64,000 bases of DNA from a virus (Duplodnaviria; Caudoviricetes): positions 6,378 to 70,377 of IMG/VR virus record IMGVR_UViG_3300010261_000001. The stretch is one strand, 5' to 3'. Numbering within the stretch: the first letter of the stretch is position 1; each line of letters opens with the position of its first letter. This document shows, one piece after another, positions 1-10,082 of the stretch. A model generated the notes under the pieces. That model did no database searches. It saw only the letters and a list, made by a program, of their open reading frames with translations, and was not told where the DNA came from. The translations under genes and the position numbers were made by a program.

Positions 1-341
1 GCTTGATATGTTTTATTAGCTTTCTTAACTCCCCATTCAATCGAACCATCGCCTACATAGAGTCTAGTAGCCTTGTCGACTCCTTCCCAAACTGTTTCTT
101 GTTTTTCTATTTTACCAGTAAGTATATTCCCTACATCGCCATCATAACCGGCATTAAGAATTACTCCAGCTTTTGATTTTATTTCTGATATAGTTTGATT
201 GGATAGGTTATAAATAATTACCTCTGATATGTCGGGATCATCACTATCTCCAAATTCTACTGTAAAATCTATTTCAAAATCATCATTAGTGTATTTCTTT
301 CCACCCGCGATTAACTCAACTTTCTGTTTCCAAAATTTCAT
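1..341 (-). CDS. Baseplate hub-like tail protein (XkdQ-like), runs off the window
   Basis: Read manually from ATG at 341 (MKFWKQKVELIAGG...); open to the window edge; position after the tape measure and baseplate genes. Confidence 0.6.
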   Translation of the reverse strand, partial: MKFWKQKVELIAGGKKYTNDDFEIDFTVEFGDSDDPDISEVIIYNLSNQTISEIKSKAGVILNAGYDGDVGNILTGKIEKQETVWEGVDKATRLYVGDGSIEWGVKKANKTYQ

Positions 342-651
342 CATCATCACCTACCACGTATAAAAATACGTTATCGTTCATATTGTCAAATGTTACTCTA
401 TCTTCATTTTCAGATATATCATAAGGCAATATAATTACCTTCGGAACATCTTTGTATGTGCAACTTGTAAACAAAGGTTTACCATAGACTATTTTTTCAC
501 CCAATATTATTGTTTTATCATTTTTGTATAAATCTACAGTAAAGAAATCATATAGTTCGTTATAATTAATTTCCAGGCTAAAAGTTTCATTTTTTAATGT
601 AATTTCAAATTCATAAGGAATATCGTCTTTGAAAATTTCTATATACTCCAT
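316..651 (-). CDS. Phage baseplate protein
   Basis: 111 aa, GGTGA RBS, position in myovirus tail operon. Confidence 0.55.
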   Translation of the reverse strand: MEYIEIFKDDIPYEFEITLKNETFSLEINYNELYDFFTVDLYKNDKTIILGEKIVYGKPLFTSCTYKDVPKVIILPYDISENEDRVTFDNMNDNVFLYVVGDDDEILETES

Positions 652-661
652 AGAATCACCT

Positions 662-1177
662 CTATATCGGTCTCATAGTAGGACCGTATTTGTTGTCTAA
701 ATGATATTTTGCTAGCTTGTCTTCGCCTGATACTTTTTTCTTTTTAGTTTGTTGCCTTCCTTTATTAGTTTTCTTCTTAACCTGTGTTTTTCTTTTCTTG
801 CCTTTAACTTTGATTTCAACTTCCTTCGCAGTTGCGATTCTAACTTGTTTTAGAGTTATGTTAAATTCATACCCATTTCTTATCTGGATTTCATGTGATG
901 TTCCTATGTCTTCTATAACCATGTTTCCATAAGCGTTTCTGCCTACGTATTTTAGTAACTTCCCTTCTTTTTGAAATTTTTTTAACTTTTGTAGTTTATC
1001 GCTTGAATCATCTCCTACTACCGCACCTATGATATTTATTGTGGAAGGTTTGGGCTTGACGTGATCAGCTACATCTTGTCCCTTTTCTACTGGTTTCTCT
1101 GTTACTTCTACACTGTTGCTTACTCTTTCTGATTCAACTACACTTATTTCAATTCCGCCTAATTTTACTCTTTCCAA
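662..1177 (-). CDS. Tail tube initiator/baseplate protein (XkdP/Dit-like)
   Basis: VTEKPVEKG..DH..PKP motif typical of genes after the tape measure; TTG at 1177 has an AGGTGA RBS (track starts at 1210). Confidence 0.6.
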   Translation of the reverse strand: MERVKLGGIEISVVESERVSNSVEVTEKPVEKGQDVADHVKPKPSTINIIGAVVGDDSSDKLQKLKKFQKEGKLLKYVGRNAYGNMVIEDIGTSHEIQIRNGYEFNITLKQVRIATAKEVEIKVKGKKRKTQVKKKTNKGRQQTKKKKVSGEDKLAKYHLDNKYGPTMRPI

Positions 1178-1200
1178 ATCATCACCTACTTTTAGGCATA

Positions 1201-1230
1201 ATAAAAGCACCCTGCTAAGAGTGCTTATTT
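1201..1230 (-). terminator. Intrinsic terminator after lipoprotein gene
   Basis: AAGCAC..GTGCTT stem followed by TTTAT on the minus strand. Confidence 0.7.
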
Positions 1231-1235
1231 AATGT

Positions 1236-1661
1236 TTACCATGTAATTTTATTAGATGTACTTACTTTTGCTCCTTGTGCTATAGTGTTCTCTGCATTAG
1301 TGCCTACAATTATTTGCAAGTCATAGTATTCGTATAACTCGCCTAAATAATCTTTGCTTGGACCTTTTAACCCATCTACCATAGTTGATAGATATCTTGC
1401 TGTGTTTTCACCTAGTTCCTTTGATTTTTCTTCAGTAGTTCCATCCATGACTTGTATTGCTATTGTGATTTCACCGTATTCAGTCACTTTAATGTATGCA
1501 TCTTTTACTACATCTTCTTCAAGTGCGAAATCTGTTGCACTATTTAATGCAAATTCAGATACGCTTGGTAGATCTCTGACATCTTTGTTTCCGCAAGCAG
1601 ATACAACAAGCAGCACTAATATTATCATAACAGCAAGCAATATTCGCTTGGTCTTATACAT
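1236..1661 (-). CDS. Lipoprotein, moron-like
   Basis: Signal peptide with lipobox VSA-C; own promoter and terminator inside the tail operon. Confidence 0.8.
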   Translation of the reverse strand: MYKTKRILLAVMIILVLLVVSACGNKDVRDLPSVSEFALNSATDFALEEDVVKDAYIKVTEYGEITIAIQVMDGTTEEKSKELGENTARYLSTMVDGLKGPSKDYLGELYEYYDLQIIVGTNAENTIAQGAKVSTSNKITW

Positions 1662-1689
1662 TTAAACCCCTCCTATACATTCTTTAGTA

Positions 1690-1722
1690 TTATTGTATCA
1701 TACTTTTACTAGTATATGTCAT
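1690..1722 (-). promoter_or_regulatory. Sigma-A-like extended -10 promoter for lipoprotein
   Basis: Minus strand ATGACA...TG-A-TACAAT upstream of AGGAGG RBS. Confidence 0.5.
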
Positions 1723-1725
1723 AAA

Positions 1726-4086
1726 TTAACTCATGCTTAATCTTTTTTTCTTTAATTTGTAAAAATATCTTTCTAGCATAGGTTCTAGTTGCTTTTCTAC
1801 CTCTTTTTTTATATCTGCTATTTCCTTTGGGTTAGATGTTTGAGGATAAATATTAATTGTAGGGGCAAATGTATCAGATTGTACTGTATTTGAATTACTG
1901 CTTGTTGTGTTATTTAGTATTTTTTTAGTTTCATTAGCTGTTTTAACCTTGTATCCTTGAGGAAGATTTCTTGTTTGTTTGCCTATTACAAGTTCTGGTC
2001 CTCTTTCTGCTAATTCTGTAAGGCCACCTTTCCAATAGTTAGTGCCTGTTGCATTACGTCCTATTCGTCCTTCTTTATATCTATTTGTTGACTTTTGGAA
2101 CTTTTCTTTTATTGTTGCTATTTTAGGTTGTAGTTTGGTTTTATTCCATTCCTTAAGTTTTTCTATGCCACTTTTTATTCCTTCTCCAACCTTTTTAAAG
2201 GCACCTTTAATTTTATCTAGATTTTTAATTATTAATACACCAGCTACTATTGCTCCGGCTATTGCTAATCCCCATGGGGTAAATAATCCTCCTAACAATG
2301 GTTTGACAAAACCTGCAAACTTGGCTATACCACCACCTAAAAAGCCAAACATTTTAAATAGATTACTTCCAAGCTTTATAGCTCCACTTATGCCTTTTAG
2401 GAACACTTTGCCTACCATTAACACTGGTCCTATAGCTGCTGCTAATGCACCTATCTTTACTATTGTTTCCTGTGTAGCTGGACTTAGTTCTGTAAACTTC
2501 TTTGTCCAATCTCTAACTGTCTCTGCTATATCTCTTACTGTAGGTTTTAAGACGTCACCGACTGTTATAGCTGCACCTTCTAAAGCACTCTTCAATGACC
2601 TAAAAGCACCACCTATATTGTCTTCGTTTACATCTGCCATTCTTTGTGCTTCACCTGTGTATTCTCTTGTAGCTTGAGTAAGCTTTGCATAATCTTCATT
2701 ACTTGCATTTATAATCGACAACATGCCACTCATAGCTTCTTTACCGAATATTGTCGATGCGTATTGTGCTTGCTGTTCTTTAGATAATCCTCTAAACTTA
2801 CTTCTCATATCATCCATTACAGTCTTGAAGGGTTTCATGTTTCCATCTGCATCTGTGATTTTTAATCCTAATTTTTCCATAGCAGTAGCCATGCTATCAG
2901 TTGGTTTTACAAGGTTTGTTATTGCACCTCTTAATGCTGTACCTGCTTTCGAGCCTTTTACACCTGCGTTAGCCATTAAACCTAGTGCTAAAGCCGAATC
3001 CTCTGCTGTATATCCTAGTGAACCAAATAATGGAGCCACATATGAAAATGATTCGCCTAGCATACCAACATTAGTATTAGAGTTCGAACTTGCACTTGCC
3101 AATAGATCTGCGAATTTAGTTGAATCCTTTGCTTGCATTCCAAATGCCGATAAAGCATCCGTTACAATGTCAGATACACCCGCGAGGTCTTCGCCACTTG
3201 CTGCAGCTAATGCCATTACACCTTCTATGCCTGCTAACGATTGTCGTGCATTCCATCCTGCCATTCCCATATAAGTAAAAGCTTCTCCAGCTTCACTAGC
3301 ACTAAATTTTGTGTCACGACCCATCTGTAATGCTTTTGTTCTTAATTGGTCGAATTCTTCTTGACTTGCATTAGTAATACCTCGAACTTGTGACATTGTA
3401 TCGTCAAAACTTGCAGTTGTCTTTATTGCTGCTGCGCCAACGCCGACCATAGGTAATGTAACTCTAGTCGTAAGAGTTTTTCCGACTTGGTCCATCTTGT
3501 CGCCAATTGCATTTATTTTGCTTGTAACATTGTTTACTTTAAAGTTTTTTAACTCTTTATTAAACTCTGCATGTTGAACTCTTAGATCTAAGATGTGGTC
3601 TTCGAGTTTCTGTGCTTCTTTTGAGTTGTCTCCATATTTCCTTTTAGTTTCTTCCAATACAGGGTTAAGCTTTTTAATCTCATTACTAAGTATTTTTGTT
3701 TTTTCTTTTAATACTTGAGATTTTTTACTATTCTTTCTTAATACTATCGCTACTTTGTTTGCAGATAGTTCCCAAAGCTTATGTTGTTTGTTTAGTCTAT
3801 CAATAGACCTTGATGTTGCGTCAGAGCTTTCCTTTATTTTAGATTCTAGTCCCTTAATTTCCATTGTGGCTGTTTTCGACTTTGTCCCTAATTTAGACAA
3901 TCCCTTGGCTGTTTTCTTCGTTGTATCGCCAAATTTAGACGTTGCCATTTCTGTAGTTTTAACATTTGCACCCATTTTGCTAAATCCATCTTTAACTGCA
4001 TCAACTTTGTTGTCAACTTTATTAAGTTCTGGAGTAGCCATATCCCTATATTGAATTTCAACTAAAAGCTCTCTTAATGAATCCAT
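1726..4086 (-). CDS. Tail tape measure protein (TP901-type core)
   Basis: 786 aa; TKFSASEAGEA, GMLGESFSYVAP, GLTELAERGPELV motifs; follows the chaperone gene. Confidence 0.92.
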   Translation of the reverse strand: MDSLRELLVEIQYRDMATPELNKVDNKVDAVKDGFSKMGANVKTTEMATSKFGDTTKKTAKGLSKLGTKSKTATMEIKGLESKIKESSDATSRSIDRLNKQHKLWELSANKVAIVLRKNSKKSQVLKEKTKILSNEIKKLNPVLEETKRKYGDNSKEAQKLEDHILDLRVQHAEFNKELKNFKVNNVTSKINAIGDKMDQVGKTLTTRVTLPMVGVGAAAIKTTASFDDTMSQVRGITNASQEEFDQLRTKALQMGRDTKFSASEAGEAFTYMGMAGWNARQSLAGIEGVMALAAASGEDLAGVSDIVTDALSAFGMQAKDSTKFADLLASASSNSNTNVGMLGESFSYVAPLFGSLGYTAEDSALALGLMANAGVKGSKAGTALRGAITNLVKPTDSMATAMEKLGLKITDADGNMKPFKTVMDDMRSKFRGLSKEQQAQYASTIFGKEAMSGMLSIINASNEDYAKLTQATREYTGEAQRMADVNEDNIGGAFRSLKSALEGAAITVGDVLKPTVRDIAETVRDWTKKFTELSPATQETIVKIGALAAAIGPVLMVGKVFLKGISGAIKLGSNLFKMFGFLGGGIAKFAGFVKPLLGGLFTPWGLAIAGAIVAGVLIIKNLDKIKGAFKKVGEGIKSGIEKLKEWNKTKLQPKIATIKEKFQKSTNRYKEGRIGRNATGTNYWKGGLTELAERGPELVIGKQTRNLPQGYKVKTANETKKILNNTTSSNSNTVQSDTFAPTINIYPQTSNPKEIADIKKEVEKQLEPMLERYFYKLKKKRLSMS

Positions 4087-4098
4087 TTATTCACCACC

Positions 4099-4510
4099 TT
4101 ACTTTTGTGGTTTAGGTGCGTATAAATCCACTGCCATTTCCGCTTCTTTTAGCTCTTCATATGTCATATCCTTTGCGTCTGTGTAACTTAGCCATCCTTT
4201 GATTACAAGTTGCCACATCAATCCCTTATTCTTTACTGTCTTTTCTATCTGCTTTTTCGGTATCTCTGGAAGTAAGAAAGTTTTCGATTTCTACCCCCAG
4301 TTCTATACCAGATTCATAGTCATCATCAAAATCTTCTAGAGTTACATGTGGTTTTACAACACAATGTTTAAATAATTCAGCCATATATGGTGTTCTTAAA
4401 AGTTTGCCATGCTTATCTGTATGTCTATCGTTTATCTCCATGTAGCTTCTAAATGGTATTGCTTGTAGAGCATATTCTACTCCGTTTATTTCAATTGTCT
4501 TTTGTCTCAT
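4099..4510 (-). CDS. Frameshifted tail assembly chaperone (GT), +1 shift near 4274-4282
   Basis: +1 frame open from the AAC TTT CTT site to TAA at 4099-4101 (LLPEIPKKQ...LMWQLVIKGWLSY...). Confidence 0.6.
4226..4510 (-). CDS. Tail assembly chaperone (G)
   Basis: Between tail tube and tape measure genes. Confidence 0.75.
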   Translation of the reverse strand: MRQKTIEINGVEYALQAIPFRSYMEINDRHTDKHGKLLRTPYMAELFKHCVVKPHVTLEDFDDDYESGIELGVEIENFLTSRDTEKADRKDSKE

Positions 4511-4530
4511 TGTTCATTCCTCCTTATATT

Positions 4531-4570
4531 TTAAAAATAAAATAGACACCCTTGATTGAGTGCCTATCTT
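4531..4570 (-). terminator. Intrinsic terminator after tail tube
   Basis: ATAGGCAC..GTGTCTAT stem plus T-run. Confidence 0.6.
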
Positions 4571-4977
4571 ATATCTAGGTGTCCACAAAATATTGTGAAT
4601 TCCCTTTCTCCTACTTCTTTTCCTCTCTCGGCTGGAGCTGGTTTTCTTACTCTTGAATCGTTGCTTGTAGCACTTGTTGCATTAGTATTTAAATCTATCA
4701 CTTGTGTTGGTACTATTGCCCCTTGTCCCTTCGCTAAACCTAGTCTAGTTAGATAAGGTATGCTTGGGCTTGTGCCTGCTAAAGTAACAGTTATCTCGCC
4801 AGTTTCGTTAGCATTTTCAGCCATAGATACTTCGCCTTTTACTCCTACGTATTCAGTAAAAGTATCTTCCATTCTTTCAACAGCTATCATGGAATCCTCT
4901 GAAAAACCAGTAATCACTACTCCGCCTACAATTAAATTGACTTCTTTTGGGTCGTATAATATTATTCCTTCGCCCAT
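4564..4977 (-). CDS. Tail tube protein (DUF3277-like)
   Basis: YDPKEVNLIVGG..ITGFSEDS motif; follows sheath. Confidence 0.8.
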   Translation of the reverse strand: MGEGIILYDPKEVNLIVGGVVITGFSEDSMIAVERMEDTFTEYVGVKGEVSMAENANETGEITVTLAGTSPSIPYLTRLGLAKGQGAIVPTQVIDLNTNATSATSNDSRVRKPAPAERGKEVGEREFTIFCGHLDIR

Positions 4978-4990
4978 CTAATATCCCTCC

Positions 4991-5992
4991 TTAATAAAGT
5001 ACAGTTCCATTAAAAGTACCATTATGAATAGCACCTTCCAGTTTAGCTGTCCATTTTAAATCATTGTAAACTCTGTTTGCTATATCATTCTTTGATACCT
5101 CTTCACGTTTCTTGTATTGTATGTCATATACTGCTTTTCCATCTTCATCCTTCAATATGATTCCCTGGTCCGCTCCTCTTTGTAATACTGACGATACCGC
5201 CCCAATAAGCATACTAATTCCAGTATTATCATAAGATATTTTCTTATTATTTACTGCTACATACATCAATTCTTCTTCCATTCTAGCTTGTAACCAATGA
5301 ACTCCCATTACGATGTCTATATATTCACCTGACGTTGTTTTGCCTTCAGTAGTTTGTAGCACTCCCATTTTCTTTACATAAGTAGCACTATTAGCTTCGT
5401 GAAGTTTGCTTATTTCTGTTTCTCCAACGTCAGCAGGGCCTACGCCATTTACCGTCTTAAATTTAAAAGTAATACTACCAGGATCGTTTACTGATGCTAT
5501 ACCTGCCAACCCTTCAGCAATATATGATTCAGGATCATCGTGATAATAGCACGTTGTATTTTCATTGTTTAAAGTTGCTGGAAATTCTAGATTTTGTGTA
5601 GTTGTAAAATACATCTTCATTTGAGTATCTGTCCATTCGGCTAATGCTGTTATAACTTCATCTGTATTCTCTGTGCAAGTCAAGAAGTACCATTCGTTAT
5701 TCTTTTTAATCAATTCATTTAAAGCTGTAACTAAATCAGCTGGTGTTCCTGTCGCCTTATCATATTTCACTCCATATACTGATATTTTAGCCGGAGATGG
5801 AGATTGCCCAAATATCCTGCTTGCGATTTTATACTCCTTTGACTCTGTTCCAAAATCTTCTCCTACCCCTTCTATTCCTGTGTATTCTGTGTAGGGTTTT
5901 GCTTTGCTTGTACCTAGAATTAAAGGTAATCCAAAGCCTTGTTGGCTTATTGCTTTAGTGAGCTTAGCAATGTTTACTATAAAATCCTTCAC
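4991..5992 (-). CDS. Tail sheath protein (DUF3383-like)
   Basis: GFGLPLILG, TSGEYIDIVMGVHWL motifs; indicates a contractile tail. Confidence 0.85.
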   Translation of the reverse strand: MKDFIVNIAKLTKAISQQGFGLPLILGTSKAKPYTEYTGIEGVGEDFGTESKEYKIASRIFGQSPSPAKISVYGVKYDKATGTPADLVTALNELIKKNNEWYFLTCTENTDEVITALAEWTDTQMKMYFTTTQNLEFPATLNNENTTCYYHDDPESYIAEGLAGIASVNDPGSITFKFKTVNGVGPADVGETEISKLHEANSATYVKKMGVLQTTEGKTTSGEYIDIVMGVHWLQARMEEELMYVAVNNKKISYDNTGISMLIGAVSSVLQRGADQGIILKDEDGKAVYDIQYKKREEVSKNDIANRVYNDLKWTAKLEGAIHNGTFNGTVLY

Positions 5993-5996
5993 TTTC

Positions 5997-6503
5997 TCAT
6001 TCCTCCTTCTTTAGGTTGCTTTTTTCTATTGTTTCTAGTCTTAGTTTCTGTATATCCATAACTCTTATAGCTACATCAAATCCTTGTCGTCTTTCATAAT
6101 TATCTACTATTTGAATTGTCCTGTCTTGGATATTCGATATATCCACTACTACAATTCCGTTATCTTTTAAAAATCTATACCCTTGGAATTTAAACCACGA
6201 TTCCATTTCTAATGCTAGTTGAAAAGCTTCCACATCATCTGTGCTATATGCATTCATAGATATGATCATCTTTGGCTGTTCTTCTCTCGTATATTCAACG
6301 TCATATTCAAATCTTTCGTCCTTTGATGGAACTATATCTTTATATAAGTTGTGTGAGCCCTGATGTATCTTTAGAGTAGTAAATTTATAGCTTATATAAG
6401 GGTAATCAGGCTTATCTCCAATGTCATCCGTTGGCACTACTGGTACATTCAAATAGTCATATAACCCTTTTACTATTGCATTTCTTATTTCTCTATAATC
6501 CAT
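5997..6503 (-). CDS. Tail terminator/neck protein
   Basis: P.YPYISY motif; position before sheath. Confidence 0.65.
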   Translation of the reverse strand: MDYREIRNAIVKGLYDYLNVPVVPTDDIGDKPDYPYISYKFTTLKIHQGSHNLYKDIVPSKDERFEYDVEYTREEQPKMIISMNAYSTDDVEAFQLALEMESWFKFQGYRFLKDNGIVVVDISNIQDRTIQIVDNYERRQGFDVAIRVMDIQKLRLETIEKSNLKKEE

Positions 6504-6856
6504 TAACTCACACCCTTTTTACAGATATAAATATATAAGTCTTTGCTATGGCTACTATAGTCCAATTCCTCTGATATTGTATAATCTTGACCTTTCCATT
6601 TTAGTTTATCGCCTATTTTAAGCCTTTGTTGGATGTATGCCTTTATATCTGATATATTGTATTTTCCACCTTCGCCATATTGGAGATTAGTGTTTAGTCC
6701 TTTTACTCCCATTTGGAATACCGATGCTTGTATTTCCTTTTCTTGAGGTGGTTCTTCTTTCCATACCCCTCCATCATTCCAGTCTCTATACCTTTTACCT
6801 GGGATGTATATAACAATAGTTTCACTATACTTTTGAATTAGGTTTGTAAAATCCAT
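6503..6856 (-). CDS. Head closure protein
   Basis: Position; GDKLKWKGQDYTI motif. Confidence 0.6.
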   Translation of the reverse strand: MDFTNLIQKYSETIVIYIPGKRYRDWNDGGVWKEEPPQEKEIQASVFQMGVKGLNTNLQYGEGGKYNISDIKAYIQQRLKIGDKLKWKGQDYTISEELDYSSHSKDLYIYICKKGVS

Positions 6857-7365
6857 TAAGCCTTCACCACCTTATAAGCAATGCTATCTTTAAGTCTACC
6901 AGTATCTATTAAGGGATTTGAACTGCCTTTCTGTGCTATTGTAAACGGATGGTTAGGTGGAGATTGAACATCCCTTGTCATATATTCAACTAGTTGTCCT
7001 CTTGTATATTCTCCTAATAGGTTGAAATACTCTATTGGGGTTATTTGCATTAGTAGGACTTTTTTCAATAGTTTTATGGACGTATCCTCTATTTTCTTTC
7101 TTCGACTATCCCATCCTGACCTGACAAAGCTTCTTTCTGGGATATTGATAGTAGTTGTGTCTTTTTTTAAATGCAAACCTATCGCATGAAGGTAGTTCCT
7201 CATTTTCTCTGTGACTTGTATCTTACAACCATATTCATTTACATTTGCTATCATAAGAATATCAGATCCACTTTCACCAAATATCCCTATCAAGATTTTA
7301 TGGCTAAATAATTCTTCTAGCATTTTCTTATGGTTTGGTATATTGTTTTTATCTGTTATTTTCAT
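6856..7365 (-). CDS. Neck/tail completion protein
   Basis: IPERSFVRS, KGSSNPLIDTGRL motifs. Confidence 0.75.
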   Translation of the reverse strand: MKITDKNNIPNHKKMLEELFSHKILIGIFGESGSDILMIANVNEYGCKIQVTEKMRNYLHAIGLHLKKDTTTINIPERSFVRSGWDSRRKKIEDTSIKLLKKVLLMQITPIEYFNLLGEYTRGQLVEYMTRDVQSPPNHPFTIAQKGSSNPLIDTGRLKDSIAYKVVKA

Positions 7366-7628
7366 AGAAATCTAGCCTTTTTGATTACATATGGTCTAAT
7401 TAGCGACTTTACGTCATTGGGTAGCCCTTTTAATTCAAAATAGCTTTGTTTTAAATCTGCTATACCTTCGCTTTGTATTGTAGAATCCCTTTGGCCATAC
7501 TTAGCTAATTTCTCTACCGCTAATTGTATAGGAGCTGGAGCATTTGTAATGTCTTTTATCTTGTCTAGTTCAGGGTTCTTACAATAAGCTTGTATATATT
7601 CAAAATACGCTTGTTTTTCGTCAATCAT
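7362..7628 (-). CDS. Head-tail connector (gp15/gp6-like)
   Basis: Position after capsid; size. Confidence 0.6.
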   Translation of the reverse strand: MIDEKQAYFEYIQAYCKNPELDKIKDITNAPAPIQLAVEKLAKYGQRDSTIQSEGIADLKQSYFELKGLPNDVKSLIRPYVIKKARFL

Positions 7629-7636
7629 ATTATCAC

Positions 7637-7915
7637 CTACATTAATAGTTCAAGTAGTTCGTCTTTAGTCATATCGCTATAACCTGTCAGTTCTCTTTCC
7701 TTTGCTATTTGTTTTAATTCCTTTACTGTTAGTCCGTTCAAGTCTTCGTCAATAGGTTCTACATCATCATCTATATCATCGTCTGCAACATCTTCTTCTA
7801 CTACCTCAACAACATCTTCAATCCTTTTTAGTTCATCTTCTTTTATCTTAAATGTATCACCTGGTCTATACTGTTCTCCGTCATGTTTTATGCAAACTTT
7901 TGTCTTTATCATCAT
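7637..7915 (-). CDS. Small protein with Rho-N/HeH-like C-terminus
   Basis: LTVKELKQIAKERELTGYSDMTKDELL. Confidence 0.7.
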   Translation of the reverse strand: MMIKTKVCIKHDGEQYRPGDTFKIKEDELKRIEDVVEVVEEDVADDDIDDDVEPIDEDLNGLTVKELKQIAKERELTGYSDMTKDELLELLM

Positions 7916-7930
7916 CTATTCACACCTCCA

Positions 7931-7966
7931 TAAAATATAAAAGTAGAGGAAATAAATCCTCTACTT
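7931..7966 (-). terminator. Terminator after major capsid
   Basis: AAGTAGAGGA/TCCTCTACTT perfect stem, T-rich tail. Confidence 0.75.
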
Positions 7967-9037
7967 AACTTTTGCTATAAACACCTCATTTGCTGCTGGG
8001 AATGAAGGTAATACTGTTGCCACTGCCTTTGTCCATTTTGCGACTGGATCTATTGTGCTATATACACAAGCTATTATGTTCCCAACTTTACTCATATCGA
8101 TGTCACTTCTCTTAGATAGTTCTATTTCTTCAGCTGTAAGTCCGTAGACTGTGTGTCCTAGTATTCCGTCAGGGAAAACAACAAACTTATCCTCTGGGAA
8201 GTATCTTTGTGTTAGATATGTTCCATCCTCCTGTTGCACTCTGCTTCTAGAATCATATGTTGCTACTTTTGGTAGATCCATTGATTCTAATAGTTGGTTC
8301 AAATCTTCTTTAGTAACTATTTTGTCATAATTAACTCCATGTATTGCTTTTTTGATTGTTGCATGTCTCAATAGTGCGTTTAATACACTTCTTGAAGTTA
8401 ATGCTCTTGATGGAGTTGTTCCTGTGTCTGCTACAATTGTATCTACCATATCATAGATATCTTGCAATGGATCTGAACCTGCATCTGTCCATAAGTCTGT
8501 GCCACTTAATATGTTTTGATGATTTTCAGGCATTCCATATTCTACTGTGAGTTTTACATCGTTTTCGTTTACTGCAATCTTGCCAGATGATAAAGCCTCC
8601 ATCCTCATTGCCTCTGCTCTTGCTAATACACCTGTAACCATATTGTCAACATCGTCGAAAAACTTATTAACTGCATATTGTTTTTCTTGATCATCTCTTG
8701 GCTTATTCAATCTAATTATCAATTCTTCATCCATTCTTATTTTTCTCTTTACTAGTGCTATCTTTTCTTTTACCTTGCCAAATGCATCTCTACTTGCAAT
8801 TTCTGCCTCTGTATCAAATGCATGTACACTTGCCATTACTGGTACGTTACTAGCACCTTTGATATATTCTAACTCTAATCCTTGTATCTTCTTTTCTGGA
8901 AACAATGTTTGTCCTAGCATTGCTGGATATTGTTTTTCTTTTAGATAATCTAATATAACTGGTGTATCGAATAGTTTTTCTATATTGTCTCCATCATCTG
9001 CAAATAGTTGCAAATTCATTTTAAATTTAGTATTCAT
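7961..9037 (-). CDS. Major capsid protein (E family)
   Basis: 358 aa; LNLQLFA-type leader; RAEAMRMEAL, D..VFP motifs. Confidence 0.9.
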   Translation of the reverse strand: MNTKFKMNLQLFADDGDNIEKLFDTPVILDYLKEKQYPAMLGQTLFPEKKIQGLELEYIKGASNVPVMASVHAFDTEAEIASRDAFGKVKEKIALVKRKIRMDEELIIRLNKPRDDQEKQYAVNKFFDDVDNMVTGVLARAEAMRMEALSSGKIAVNENDVKLTVEYGMPENHQNILSGTDLWTDAGSDPLQDIYDMVDTIVADTGTTPSRALTSRSVLNALLRHATIKKAIHGVNYDKIVTKEDLNQLLESMDLPKVATYDSRSRVQQEDGTYLTQRYFPEDKFVVFPDGILGHTVYGLTAEEIELSKRSDIDMSKVGNIIACVYSTIDPVAKWTKAVATVLPSFPAANEVFIAKVK

Positions 9038-9048
9038 ATTCTTCCCTC

Positions 9049-9360
9049 CTATACAAACTTTATTTCTTTTAATGCTGTCTTAGCTTCAGCTGTTACTACT
9101 GCTGGTAGTCTTGCTTCTTTTACATATCCTTCTACCATTAAAGCACCTGGTTGTGGTCCATGTGTAACATCTACTGCTTTAAATAGTATTCCTTTTGCAG
9201 TTGCGTCATTTGCTGGTAGTACTGTACCTGCTGGAACTATCTTATTACCGTTTTTGTCCGCTACTACACCAACATCTGATACTGTTGTTGTAAAGTTGAT
9301 AAAATGTGCACTTGCTAAAAATTCAGGTGTGGTTGAGTATTTAGTTTCTTTTATATACAT
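9049..9360 (-). CDS. Head decoration protein
   Basis: KIVPAGTVLP..GIL..VDVT motif; between scaffold and capsid. Confidence 0.7.
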   Translation of the reverse strand: MYIKETKYSTTPEFLASAHFINFTTTVSDVGVVADKNGNKIVPAGTVLPANDATAKGILFKAVDVTHGPQPGALMVEGYVKEARLPAVVTAEAKTALKEIKFV

Positions 9361-9373
9361 TATTCATTCCTCC

Positions 9374-10063
9374 TTATCCCCATGGATTTAGTTTTGGTTC
9401 TATTTTCTCATTTCTTGACTTTGCTATGTCTAGTCCTAAAGTTACCTCTGTGTCTTTGTTACCTTTGCCTGGTTTAGGTCCCTTTAGCCTATCTTCTACA
9501 GCCTTTTGCACTTCTTTTCTAAATTCATCTTCAAATGTTTCAATGTTTTTCTTAGTTGTTTCTGCATCCTCTTTAATCATCATGTCTACAAAAGTAATGG
9601 GTAGTTCTTTTTCGTTTAGAATGTTAATAGCTTCTAATTTCATTTCTCTATATTTTATTGCATTCTCCTTCTCTACTAGTTGCTTTTGTATCTTGTCTAG
9701 TTCATGTTGCCTTTTTTCATCAGCAGACATCTTTGCTAGTTTTTCAGCTTCTTCTTTTTCTGCCTTTAGCTTCTCTTTATATTCCTTTTCCCATTTATCT
9801 TTAGCTGTTTCTAGAGCTTTAGTAACTCTCTTGTCAGCTTCAGATTGAAGGAGTTTGTCTAATTCTTCTTGAGTGTAAGTCTTGTCTTTTTCTGGCTCCT
9901 TAGGTCCTTTGGGTTCATTTGGTTCTTTTGGTTCAACTGGCTCCTTAGGTTCTCCTGGTTCTTTTGGTTCAGCCGGTTCTCCCTCTGCGAATAATTGTAA
10001 ATTTAGTTTGTGCCCCTTTAAGTTACTATCATTGTCCCTTAAAGTTGCTATTGTATTTTTCAT
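9374..10063 (-). CDS. Capsid scaffolding protein (DUF4355-like)
   Basis: LNLQLFA, EPK repeats, YTQEELDK coiled coil. Confidence 0.85.
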   Translation of the reverse strand: MKNTIATLRDNDSNLKGHKLNLQLFAEGEPAEPKEPGEPKEPVEPKEPNEPKGPKEPEKDKTYTQEELDKLLQSEADKRVTKALETAKDKWEKEYKEKLKAEKEEAEKLAKMSADEKRQHELDKIQKQLVEKENAIKYREMKLEAINILNEKELPITFVDMMIKEDAETTKKNIETFEDEFRKEVQKAVEDRLKGPKPGKGNKDTEVTLGLDIAKSRNEKIEPKLNPWG

Positions 10064-10082
10064 TATTGTGTTCCTCCTTAAA

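Noticed and set aside
9882-9985. 9-bp tandem repeats
   Set aside because: Encode the EPK linker of the scaffold; ordinary
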